From: Verrucomicrobiota bacterium
GTDB lineage: Bacteria; Verrucomicrobiota; Verrucomicrobiia; Limisphaerales; AAA164-E04
Direction: 5' to 3'
Assembly: GCA_047947115.1 (NCBI GenBank)
Contig: CP170459.1
Coordinates: 1,248,001 to 1,312,000 of the forward strand
Length of the DNA: 64,000 nt
Shown here one piece after another: positions 8,751 to 18,547 of the stretch; positions within the stretch are counted from its first letter, which is position 1; each line of letters opens with the position of its first letter. Under the pieces are notes generated by a model, which did not search any database, was not told where the DNA came from, and was given only the letters and a program-made list of their open reading frames with translations. The position numbers and the translations under genes were made by a program.

Positions 8751-11700
8751 TTAGGGTTCGACGGTGCGAACGCGGTAGAATCCGGCACCGCTGGAGATGT
8801 CCAGATCAAACGTGAGAGCTGTTTCGTTACCGGTTGCTTTCAGTTCGCTGACCAGTTCCCAGTCCACGAAGTTAGTTGTGACTTCGAGCAGGTAGACCAC
8901 GCCTTCGGTGCCGAACAACGAGAGGGTCGAGCCCTGGATGCCCAGTTTACCGGGTTCAGCCTTGGGAGCGGGTTGGGTCACTTGGATACTCCAGGTGGCC
9001 GCAATGTCTGCGCTTTCATTGCCGGCTGCATCTTTGGCGGCACCGGCCGTGACTCCAAGGCTGATCGTGCCTTCTCCTTCGAATCCGGAGAGGGTGATCA
9101 CTGCTTCGGTGTCCGAGGTTTTCTCTAGGTCAACACCCGCTTTCAAGCTTTCACCGGTCAACACGAGTTGAATGTGGCCTGCGTTGAGATCCGAGAACGT
9201 GCCGCCCTGGACGGTCAACGGTATGCTGATCATTTCTCCCTGGGTTGCCAGGCTGGAGGGATCACCGATTGCCACGGTGGGTCCGGTTTGATCGATCGTT
9301 GCCAAGGGGCTTAACAATGCGGTTTGATCCACATTGCCAGCCTGGTCCGATGCGCTGCCTGCGCTGACTTCGACCTGGAGGGTTCCGTCACCCTGGATGT
9401 TGTTCACCACAATCTGACGTTGGTTTGTGTTGCCTGGAACCGTTTGGACCGAAGCACTGGCCTGGGTGTTTCCAGTGGTGATCAGTCGAATGTGATCATT
9501 GTTCAAGTTGATGTTTTCCGCGCCGTGGTATTGCACGCCATAGATCAACATTCCACCGTTCACATTGACTTCCTGCACATTGAAGAAGGCAACGGTTGGC
9601 GCGGTTTGGTCGATACGGATCCATTCGCTGGAACCGCCCTGATTCTCGTGAATACCAGTCCGGCTGAGTGCTCTGCCGGGGGCTACGTTGACACGGATGG
9701 CTCCATTGCCCTGGATGTTGAAGAGGCGCACCCGGCGTGTGTTCGCGTCAACTTCTAGTAATTCGAACTCAGCGGTCACAGCACCGTCGTATTGAAGGGC
9801 GATGTATTCTTTTCGCAGAACAATCAGGTAAGCGCCATCGTAACGAACGTCTACCAAGGCTTCCGAACCGTTGGTCAATGTTGTGAGTGTGCTGACCGAC
9901 ATGACCGGTGCGCTGTTGTCAATCTGGATGGAACGGCTTTCACCCCCGGAATCAGTAATGCCGAGTTGGTTTTGACCACTTCCGGATTTCACACGCACTG
10001 CGAGGGTGCCTGTTCCGCTGATGCCACTGATAATGATGCGTGGTGTGCTCGAGTTGCCGTCCTCCACAGAAACTGTTCCTGTGGCGGAGCCCGTTTGGAT
10101 CAGCTCCACATCATCCGGACTGAGGGCGACTTTGCTGACTCCCTGATAGGAGAGGGGAATGGTCACCGGTCCCTCCCGAGTCGCGATGGTTGACGGGATT
10201 CCAACGGACAAATTGGGAGCTTCACCCAGAATTTCAAATCCAGCAGAAACGGCTCCTTGATCATTGTTGCCAAGTAAGTCCTGAGCGGAACCCCCGGCTA
10301 TCCGGATATATGGATTCCACATGCCAGTGATGTTGCTCAGTGTCACGGTTGGATTACGCGTCGTGGCATTGGTGATCTGGATGTCGGCTTTGACATTCAG
10401 GCCGCCTTCGACCGTAACCTGACTGGCTTTCAAGTTGACCGCAAAGGCATCGTTGGCATAGGTCACCGGGAAGGAAACCGGGCCATTCAATGTGACCGAA
10501 GCGGATGGGTTGCCGATACTGATGGCGGGGCCGGTGTTGTCCACGGTGAAAGTGGAACTTGTCACACCTGCATCACCATTGCCCAGAGCATCCAAACCAC
10601 GCCCGGCTGCGACCTGTATGGCGAGCGTGCCGTCTCCGGTGATGTTGCTGACCGTTACTTTTGGTGTAGCCGTGGTGCCGCCTGTCATGGTGACCCTTCC
10701 TGTAGCTGTGCCGGTCTTGACCAGTGTGATGTCGGACAGTCTTACGTCGACAGAAGCAGCACCGGCGTATTGCAGATCCACTGTCACAGGACCGTTTCGG
10801 GTTTGTGTGACCGAGGGGTTCGAGCTGGTCACGTTCACCTGTGTGGCCACATCGTTGTCGACGATGGTGGCTGTGAAGGTGTTTTGAGCCCCTAAAACGG
10901 CACCGGGGGCGCTTCCTGCACCAATGGCCAGGGTGAGCTGGAATGTTTCATTCGGCTCGGCCAAGACCAGGTCATCAATGACTGGGAGCAGCACGACTTT
11001 TTTGGAAGTCCCGGCGGGGAAGGTTACCTGCATGGCCGCGTTGTTGAAGTCGCTGCCCGCGGTGGCTCCCTGCAGTGCTGCTACCGAGATGTCGAGCACC
11101 ACCTGGCCGCCGAGACCCTGCGTCCGTTCTATGACTACTTGACGGCTTGCTTCGTCTCCCTCGATCACATTGCCTTGTGCTGTGGCGAAGGCGAATGTGC
11201 CGGACGCATCGTTGTCGAGGATGTTCACCGTGGCGGTGGTTTGAGCCCCGAATTGCGCGTTAGCGGGTGAGCCGGGTTTCAGCGTGAGCTGCAGGTTCAT
11301 GGTTTCGTCCCCTTCAACTGCGGCATCATCCTGAATGATGTTGGCCAGGGAAACCGTCTTGTAGATTTCCGTGTCTGCGAAGGTGACTTCCACGGTATTG
11401 GCCAGGAAGTCTCCATTGGCCGTGGTGGCGGTTCCATCGGTCGGGGTGACAATCAAGGTCACGGTTTGTTGATTGCCGTCTTCACGTTTGATCGTGATGG
11501 AATCAACGCTGATCTTTTGCGCGCCCCCTGATGCGACGGGACCTTCATACTGATTGTAGGTCGCCTTGCTGAAGGAGAACGTTCCGATGCGGTTCTCATT
11601 GGCGAAGACGTCACCCACAGGGGCCTGGTTCACGGCATTCTCCAATCCGTTGCCGGAGTAGGTTGCCTGGAGTTCGTCCGCATCCACTTTGCCGCTTTGC

Positions 11701-14700
11701 ACATTGGCCAGGTCGTCGGTCAATTGGGACTGGGTCACCAACTGTGTCTTGGCGATCTGTTTCACTGCATCGGCCGGATTGTTGCTGTCGGCTGCCTTCT
11801 GTTTCAATTGATTACTGTTTGCAACCGAGTTGGCCCATGCATCGACCACGGTGGCGTCCACTGCGATGTTCAGGCTTTGTTGAAGTGATGCGATCATTGT
11901 CTTCAGAAAATCCGCATCCGTCAGGGTGACGGGTTGATTCAACATCAGACGATTGGCGATATAGCGGTAACCGGCTGCCTGAATAGTGCCCAGTTGATTG
12001 CCTCCACCTGCGGTGTTCAGAATGCGCGTCATGGTGAAGACCGTGTCCTGCACCATGGCGGCTGCCGCAAACACCTGACCGGATGCGCCATCGCCTTGCG
12101 CGGCTGATGCAATCGGATCGTAGGTGTTGATGTTTACGCTGCCTGACAGGTTCAATCCTTGCTTGATGCTGGTTTGTGCCTGGGCGAATGTGAAGGTCGG
12201 GTTGAGGTCCACGATGGCCACGATCAGTGATGAGAGGGGCGTTGCGAGGCTTGCTCCGACCGGTGCCAGGAATTGTCCTTCAAAGGCGAGACCGGTCGAG
12301 ATATCCACACCACCCTGCATGATCAGCACACCTTCCGATGGGTCCAGCACGTTGTTGTTGTTATCGTCATACTGAGACAGATCAATGGCCAGTTGGAAGG
12401 CGCCCTGATTATTGGTGAAGGTGGAAGGTTCACCGTTGTCGTGTTGACCGTTGCGATTCTCATCGAAGAATACCAGCGCTCCGGAGATGTAACCATCCTG
12501 CAACTTGCCGCCCAGAGCAAACAACTTGTTGGTCAGGTCCACATTGTCAGGATCATTGGCATTTGATTTGTCCGCGAAGGTCAAGTCGGTGATGGCCAGT
12601 GATTGGGTCCCGCCTGTGTCCGTGTTGTTCGCGGCGTCCTTTGCGCCTCCGGGTGCAATGGTTAGCACCAGGTCTCCGGTCACGCCACTTGGGAAGGATT
12701 CCAATCGGACAGATGGGTTCAGCGAATCGCCTCCATTGACCGCCAGGGTTCCCAAGTTTGTATTTCCGACCACAGCTGTGATCATTCCTGGGAGCAAATT
12801 CACTTCGGTGGCGCCCTGATATTCCAAGGGCCATTGGATGGCTCGGCTTGCCACGTCGATGTCAGGAACACCGATGGTCAGTGCCGGTGGTGTGTTGTCG
12901 ACGGCCACCGTTGGACTGGTACCTGCCGGGGCCGAGTTTCCTGCTGCATCAAATGCGACATCCGTTGGAATTTCGATGGCCAAGGTGCCGTCTCCACCGG
13001 TGATGGTGATTTCGACAGCATGATCGGTTCCATTAATGTTCAATACCAGTGTTGGATCGAAGGTGACCGAACCGGAAGCCAGCACTTTGATATCATCCAG
13101 ATCCAGCAACACAGCCGATACATTTTCAAACGCAACCGGGAATGATGCCACACCTTTGTTGAGCAGGTTCGGTGTAGGATTGCCGAATACAAGCTGCGGG
13201 TTTGGATTGTTCTGTGGATCGTTTGGATCACCTGGATTTCCCGGGTTATTGGGGTTGTTGGGATCATCCGGAATTTCCGGATCGAGTTCGGGATTTGCTT
13301 CCGAAGCAACGTAGATGACGTCATCGATGGAGAAGATATCACGTTCGCCTGCGGGTTCTCCGTCATAAAGTTCATTGAAAGTGACCCGTTTGATCCAGCA
13401 TGTGGAGTCCTGAAGATCGGGTGCCAGGTAGCCCAGGAACTGCGTGCCACCATCATTCAATGGTCCAGGTACGATGTCCGCCGGGCGGACCTGCATGCTT
13501 CCGTCTGCATGAAGGATTGTCACTTCAATGTCGCGTTTGTTCTCTTCCACGCCCATGACATACATGCCGACTGCAGGAACTGCTTTGTCGAACTCAATGG
13601 CCAGCCCACCGGGTAGGTTTTCGCTGGGCAGCGCTTCCAGGAAATGAAAACCGCCCGGTGTTGTGTTGATACCACGGTCCGAATCGTTGGAACCGTCCAT
13701 GTCCCCGATACCCGGTTCATCGATGCCCGCTGCGTGACCGTTGTTGAAGAGTGTGAATCTCACGGTGTTGTCCGCTCCGTTGTAGGAAACACTGCCAACT
13801 GCATCGCCCGTGGCCATCTCTCCGGATGTTCCGAAGGCGGCTGATGTGTAGGGGCCTCCCGCGTAGGGAGCGCCACTACCTGCGAACAAGTCGCCGGTTC
13901 CATTGACAGGGCTCCATCCGTTGGATCCTTCAAAGGTGATGATGTCAGTGCTGATCCCGAGTGAGGCGAGGTCTGCCAGAAAGTTTGCCTGTTCCGTGGC
14001 TGAGTTTGGATAAGTCCATCCGGCTGCAACCGGATCAGGTTCGCCCCCACCGGGCAAACCGTTGTCGTGTGCGATGTAATCATCGATGGGGCAGTTTGAG
14101 GGTGGCATCTGTTCATCATATTCGCAGATGTGATCGATCCAAAGTTCCTGACCACCTATGATGAATTGGGTGATCGGCGCACCGGTCATGCGCAGTTCGC
14201 CGGTGTCATTGCCCAGGCCCCCGGTCGGAACCGAAAGCATGGCGCCCCCGAGTGTCAGGCCGTCCAGATCGATGAAGTTGGCGACGTTGGCCGCGACGCC
14301 GTTGACGGACAAATTGATGTTGCCTCCGTACTCACCAAACATCACGGAAAGACCCATAGGGGAGGCTCCGGTGGGTGTGAATTCAAGGTTGATGTTGTTG
14401 ACTTCCATTTCATGGCCATAGTAGCCGGCCAGTCCGCCGTTCTCGACTTCCGCAAATCCGCCACTGAAGGCGGATCCGCTGGAAAAGAAAAAGTCGGAGG
14501 CGACAACATCAAAACCGAAACTCCCATCGGCGCTATGAACGGTGAAGGTATCTCCGACATTGTATACACTGCCCAGCGTCAGGTCCTGGAATTCGACGCA
14601 CCCGCTGCAGCAAGCCAGTTCGGGGGCGATGTGCTGGATGCCGATGTTGTCGACGTGAAAGCCGTTGTTGTCCGAGGGGCTTTCGAGATAGACCGTGTCA

Positions 14701-15497
14701 AAGGTGACAATAGGTGCAGCCGAGCTATCCACCGCTTTGCCAATCAGGGTCGGGGGAAATCCATGGTAAAGGCAAACCTCAACCGCTGTGCCGGTGTTTG
14801 AAACACAGATAACGGCGGCGTGGTCGCTCGTGACGCCATCGTCAAAGGGTTTGGGCCAGTTGGCCATCATGCCGTCCGGTTGGAACATGGTCACAATGTC
14901 TCCCGTCTCTGGAACGGCAGGCGGTGTGAAAGCGACAGGGGAAACCTGATTGTCCAGCAGGGGACCCAGATCGAAATCATCCCAGACATTGTCTTCGCGA
15001 CGAATGGAATAATCCCCGCTCTTGGCTCCGGAGCCTTGTTGCCAGTAGCTGACGTCGGCAAGGTAGCCGATATCGTCGGTGAATGTGGCGGTTCCGAAAG
15101 TTTGGTAAGCACCGAAGCGCAGGAAGTTGTATTGTTGGATACCAGGGCTCGTCGGTGTGGCGACATATTTGTAATCCACTTTCACCCTCAACGTTTCCCC
15201 GGGTGCCAGCGTGGTAGAGGGGAATTCGATTTTGATGTTGGTTTGATCCTGTGTGCTTTCGTAAACGTTTTCGGGCGCTGCCGGATCCAATACCGAGTCT
15301 GTCACCACGGTCCAGTCCGCGATGGTCGAGTGTACGATGTTTGGATTGGATGACTGTGTTCCGACGGTATCCAAGTCAAAATCGACCACCGGAATGACGA
15401 GTTGTGCCATGGCGGGGACACAAGCGGCGATACTGCAAGCGGTCAGGGCGAGGTCTTTCCACCATGACCGGTACTTACGACATATTAGTTTTTTCAT
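8751..15497 (-). CDS. Giant secreted/surface protein (2248 aa) with Calx-beta and Ig-like repeats
   Basis: Signal peptide (..ACVPAMA-Q), Pro/Asn linker, Calx-beta motifs (DDAAVEGDETMNLQL; TATVNILDND), repeated DNTxP-x-IG-PS..GPV..PVTY Ig-like units, C-terminal TTNFVDW...FYRV domain. Confidence 0.8.
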   Translation of the reverse strand: MKKLICRKYRSWWKDLALTACSIAACVPAMAQLVIPVVDFDLDTVGTQSSNPNIVHSTIADWTVVTDSVLDPAAPENVYESTQDQTNIKIEFPSTTLAPGETLRVKVDYKYVATPTSPGIQQYNFLRFGAYQTFGTATFTDDIGYLADVSYWQQGSGAKSGDYSIRREDNVWDDFDLGPLLDNQVSPVAFTPPAVPETGDIVTMFQPDGMMANWPKPFDDGVTSDHAAVICVSNTGTAVEVCLYHGFPPTLIGKAVDSSAAPIVTFDTVYLESPSDNNGFHVDNIGIQHIAPELACCSGCVEFQDLTLGSVYNVGDTFTVHSADGSFGFDVVASDFFFSSGSAFSGGFAEVENGGLAGYYGHEMEVNNINLEFTPTGASPMGLSVMFGEYGGNINLSVNGVAANVANFIDLDGLTLGGAMLSVPTGGLGNDTGELRMTGAPITQFIIGGQELWIDHICEYDEQMPPSNCPIDDYIAHDNGLPGGGEPDPVAAGWTYPNSATEQANFLADLASLGISTDIITFEGSNGWSPVNGTGDLFAGSGAPYAGGPYTSAAFGTSGEMATGDAVGSVSYNGADNTVRFTLFNNGHAAGIDEPGIGDMDGSNDSDRGINTTPGGFHFLEALPSENLPGGLAIEFDKAVPAVGMYVMGVEENKRDIEVTILHADGSMQVRPADIVPGPLNDGGTQFLGYLAPDLQDSTCWIKRVTFNELYDGEPAGERDIFSIDDVIYVASEANPELDPEIPDDPNNPNNPGNPGDPNDPQNNPNPQLVFGNPTPNLLNKGVASFPVAFENVSAVLLDLDDIKVLASGSVTFDPTLVLNINGTDHAVEITITGGDGTLAIEIPTDVAFDAAGNSAPAGTSPTVAVDNTPPALTIGVPDIDVASRAIQWPLEYQGATEVNLLPGMITAVVGNTNLGTLAVNGGDSLNPSVRLESFPSGVTGDLVLTIAPGGAKDAANNTDTGGTQSLAITDLTFADKSNANDPDNVDLTNKLFALGGKLQDGYISGALVFFDENRNGQHDNGEPSTFTNNQGAFQLAIDLSQYDDNNNNVLDPSEGVLIMQGGVDISTGLAFEGQFLAPVGASLATPLSSLIVAIVDLNPTFTFAQAQTSIKQGLNLSGSVNINTYDPIASAAQGDGASGQVFAAAAMVQDTVFTMTRILNTAGGGNQLGTIQAAGYRYIANRLMLNQPVTLTDADFLKTMIASLQQSLNIAVDATVVDAWANSVANSNQLKQKAADSNNPADAVKQIAKTQLVTQSQLTDDLANVQSGKVDADELQATYSGNGLENAVNQAPVGDVFANENRIGTFSFSKATYNQYEGPVASGGAQKISVDSITIKREDGNQQTVTLIVTPTDGTATTANGDFLANTVEVTFADTEIYKTVSLANIIQDDAAVEGDETMNLQLTLKPGSPANAQFGAQTTATVNILDNDASGTFAFATAQGNVIEGDEASRQVVIERTQGLGGQVVLDISVAALQGATAGSDFNNAAMQVTFPAGTSKKVVLLPVIDDLVLAEPNETFQLTLAIGAGSAPGAVLGAQNTFTATIVDNDVATQVNVTSSNPSVTQTRNGPVTVDLQYAGAASVDVRLSDITLVKTGTATGRVTMTGGTTATPKVTVSNITGDGTLAIQVAAGRGLDALGNGDAGVTSSTFTVDNTGPAISIGNPSASVTLNGPVSFPVTYANDAFAVNLKASQVTVEGGLNVKADIQITNATTRNPTVTLSNITGMWNPYIRIAGGSAQDLLGNNDQGAVSAGFEILGEAPNLSVGIPSTIATREGPVTIPLSYQGVSKVALSPDDVELIQTGSATGTVSVEDGNSSTPRIIISGISGTGTLAVRVKSGSGQNQLGITDSGGESRSIQIDNSAPVMSVSTLTTLTNGSEALVDVRYDGAYLIVLRKEYIALQYDGAVTAEFELLEVDANTRRVRLFNIQGNGAIRVNVAPGRALSRTGIHENQGGSSEWIRIDQTAPTVAFFNVQEVNVNGGMLIYGVQYHGAENINLNNDHIRLITTGNTQASASVQTVPGNTNQRQIVVNNIQGDGTLQVEVSAGSASDQAGNVDQTALLSPLATIDQTGPTVAIGDPSSLATQGEMISIPLTVQGGTFSDLNAGHIQLVLTGESLKAGVDLEKTSDTEAVITLSGFEGEGTISLGVTAGAAKDAAGNESADIAATWSIQVTQPAPKAEPGKLGIQGSTLSLFGTEGVVYLLEVTTNFVDWELVSELKATGNETALTFDLDISSGAGFYRVRTVEP

Positions 15498-15844
15498 TAT
15501 TTTGAGTGATTATAGGCTTCTCTGGTTATCGTTCATTACTCCTGTGTTGGTTCGGTGGCACTTTCGCACCGCCTGACAGTCATGATGCATGCGGAGTGCC
15601 ATTCTCATCTTTGAGAGTGAACAACTTATTATCAAAAGTATTTAAGTCTGGATGCTCCTCTTCGGGGCTTGCAAAACGTGACTATTACAATCATCGGCTT
15701 CAGGCCGGGAAAGATTTAGCAGTAATTACTTAAACCTGTTGAATTTGAATGTGTAACATGGCATTTCAACAGACAGCCAATAGGAAGCTGGGAATAAATG
15801 ATTGCCAATGTTCTCTCATGCTCCACAGTGATTTGGCGGTGATT

Positions 15845-17152
15845 ATGAACAGGCGATTAACCATTTTGATACTGCTTTGTGTGGGGTTGGGGGTGTTCGC
15901 ATTTTTGGGAGGAAGTGGTGTTTCCCGACTGTTGACGCTTCAGTTGTTGATCAGGCAGGAAGCTCCTTCCGAGGAGGCACTTTTTGACATTATATCTTCG
16001 ACGGCGGAGCCGGATGCATACCTGCAATCATTGTGGGATACGGGAAAAATTCCGCATCGACATCTGACCATCAAATTGATTCATCAACGTCTCTTTAGCC
16101 ATCCTGAGGATTTATCCATATATGGCCGATTGATTCAGGAAGCGGTTGCCGATGCCGATTTTGCCAATCGGGAACTGGCGATGGGCATTTTGGATGTCAA
16201 GGATCCGAAAAAGTTGCGTGACGTGGTGCCGCGCAGCCTCAGGGACTCCGACCAAGGGACGCGTCTAAGGGCACTGCAGTATGTCAAAGTAACTGAGGAT
16301 GCGCGATGGATTCCTGAATTCATGCGACTGTTGGATGATCCCGACGAGATGATCGTGGCTCATGCAGCCTCCAAATTGCGGCAATGGACCGGGGAGGATT
16401 TTGGTATCCGAATGATGCACGCCATCACACGACTTCCTCAAACCAATCAACCGGCGAGTTTGAATAACGAACAGGAGATTGCGTTTTCCAAGGGGATTGC
16501 CGGGTGGAAGCAATGGTGGCATTCGGGTAAACATGACTATCCGGTGTCAAACCAATGGGAGAGTGACACCGAACCGTATGTCACACCTGCCCTGCCGGTG
16601 GAGGATTTCGAGGTGGGTATGCTTGACGGTAGCACGAAGCGCTTGTCCGATTTCCGGGGCAAGGCTGTTCTCCTGAATTTTTGGACTACCTGGTGCAGTG
16701 CCTGCATGACCGAGATGCCGGATTTGAATCAGTTGCACGATTTATATCCCGATAACCTCAAGGTGATCGGCATTTCGCTGGACGGTGGCGAAGATCATGG
16801 TCATGAGCATGCATCGGTTGTGGACATTGAGGAGGCACGTGAAGCTGGTTTGGAGGCTGTAGAGTCCGAGTATGGTTTGCACGACCACTCGCATCAGGAG
16901 CATGCGCATGATGACGAGAAGATCAAAAAGAAAATCGAGCGTGTCGTTCGCAAAAAGGATTTGAAATACCTGATCGGCATGGATTCTGGATTTGAAATCG
17001 GCAATCGCTTTAATGGCCAGGAGTTGCCCACCAACGTCCTCATTGATCCCCAGGGAAAATTACGCCGCCGCTTTGTCGGAGCGCGTCCTTTGCACTCATG
17101 GAAAGCCATGCTGAAGGACATCGGTGTTCCCGAACCTCCGTATTCCAACTAA
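15845..17152 (+). CDS. Membrane-anchored HEAT-repeat plus TlpA/redoxin-domain protein
   Basis: N-terminal TM segment, HEAT-like helices, LSDFRGKAVLLNFWTTWCSAC and LPTNVLIDPQG; ATG 15845 preferred over 15749. Confidence 0.8.
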   Translation: MNRRLTILILLCVGLGVFAFLGGSGVSRLLTLQLLIRQEAPSEEALFDIISSTAEPDAYLQSLWDTGKIPHRHLTIKLIHQRLFSHPEDLSIYGRLIQEAVADADFANRELAMGILDVKDPKKLRDVVPRSLRDSDQGTRLRALQYVKVTEDARWIPEFMRLLDDPDEMIVAHAASKLRQWTGEDFGIRMMHAITRLPQTNQPASLNNEQEIAFSKGIAGWKQWWHSGKHDYPVSNQWESDTEPYVTPALPVEDFEVGMLDGSTKRLSDFRGKAVLLNFWTTWCSACMTEMPDLNQLHDLYPDNLKVIGISLDGGEDHGHEHASVVDIEEAREAGLEAVESEYGLHDHSHQEHAHDDEKIKKKIERVVRKKDLKYLIGMDSGFEIGNRFNGQELPTNVLIDPQGKLRRRFVGARPLHSWKAMLKDIGVPEPPYSN

Positions 17153-17217
17153 GCTCTTTCCGGAACTCCTGAAGAGAAAGCATTGTCCTTGCCCGACTTA
17201 ATGATGCATGGCTTGAT

Positions 17218-18486
17218 GTGCGGATGGATTGGATAACACCCACAGGATTTGCCTGGTTTGTTGGCGGACTGGTTGCCTTGCGCGGATTTGCGGAATGGAT
17301 GCTGGATCGTTTGAACCTTGCCCATCTTCAAAAACACCGCGGCCACAGGCCCGCCGGTTGGGAGTCTATCATGAGCGAATCGGAATATGCCCGCGCTTTG
17401 GATTATACCGAGGTGAAAAATCGTTTTGGTCAATGGAATGGTTGGTATGGTGTGTGGATGTTGCTGATCCTTCTTTTCAGTGGTTTACTCCCCGCTTTGG
17501 AAGGGCAATGGAAGGTTTTGTTGGGAAGTTCGCTGTGGATGCAGTCGGGTTTCTTGCTTTTTGCCCTGATGCTTTATTCCTGGTTGGATCTTCCCTGGAA
17601 TTATTATTCACAGTTTCACATTGAAGAACGGTTTGGTTTCAACAAATCCAATGTGGGACTCTGGCTGGTCGATCAAGTGAAAATGGTGTTCCTGGCCGTA
17701 GCAATCGGTTGGCCATTGTTGACCTTGCTGCTCTGGATCGTCGGGAAAACCGGCGCTCAATGGTGGGTTTGGGCCTGGGGTGTGATGCTGGTGTTCCAGC
17801 TGATCATGATGATTCTGGCTCCCATGCTCATCCTTCCCTTGTTCAATAAACTTTCGCCCCTTGCAGATGGAACTTTGAAGGATCGGCTTTATCAGCTGGC
17901 CGACCGAACAGGTTTTGGCATGCAGTCAATTCAGGTGATGGACGGAAGCCGCCGGTCCGGGCATTCCAATGCCTTTTTTACCGGGTTTGGATCTTTTCGA
18001 CGGATTGTTCTTTTTGACACACTCATGGATCAGCTTGAGCATTCGGAGATTGAGGGGGTACTGGCGCATGAGATCGGGCATTATCAGAAGAAGCATGTTT
18101 TGCTGATGATGACAGTAGGTTTGGCAGGGATGTTGGTTCAGCTGTGGATATTGGCATGGTTGGCGGGGCAGAGCTGGTTTTTCCAGGCCTTTGGATTCTC
18201 AGAACCTTCCATGTCGATCGCTTTTTTGTTGTTTGTGATGATTTTCGGAACCATGACCTTTTGGATCAGTCCCCTGGGGCATCTGCTATCCAGGCGATTT
18301 GAGTATGAAGCCGATGCTTATGCGGTGGAGGCTACCGGTGATCCTGCCGCCTTCGTCAGCGCTCTGCGAAAGATCAATCAGGAGAATTTAAGCAATCCGG
18401 TGCCTCACCCCCTTTACAGTTTTGTTTATTATTCGCACCCCACCCTGACTGAGCGTGAGGGCGCTTTGTCACAGGTGAAGCCTTAA
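17218..18486 (+). CDS. M48 family Ste24-like zinc endopeptidase
   Basis: FHIEERFGFN, MDGSRRSGHSNAFFTG, LAHEIGH, EYEADAYA, YSHPTLTER. Confidence 0.93.
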   Translation: MRMDWITPTGFAWFVGGLVALRGFAEWMLDRLNLAHLQKHRGHRPAGWESIMSESEYARALDYTEVKNRFGQWNGWYGVWMLLILLFSGLLPALEGQWKVLLGSSLWMQSGFLLFALMLYSWLDLPWNYYSQFHIEERFGFNKSNVGLWLVDQVKMVFLAVAIGWPLLTLLLWIVGKTGAQWWVWAWGVMLVFQLIMMILAPMLILPLFNKLSPLADGTLKDRLYQLADRTGFGMQSIQVMDGSRRSGHSNAFFTGFGSFRRIVLFDTLMDQLEHSEIEGVLAHEIGHYQKKHVLLMMTVGLAGMLVQLWILAWLAGQSWFFQAFGFSEPSMSIAFLLFVMIFGTMTFWISPLGHLLSRRFEYEADAYAVEATGDPAAFVSALRKINQENLSNPVPHPLYSFVYYSHPTLTEREGALSQVKP

Positions 18487-18547
18487 TAGTCAAAAGGCTC
18501 CAGGCAATTGCCCGAAGCCTTTTGAATCATAAGTTGTTTTGACGGGT

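Noticed and set aside
8748..15576. Numerous plus-strand ORFs over the giant gene
   Set aside because: They are antisense shadows of the 2248-aa CDS with no recognisable motifs.
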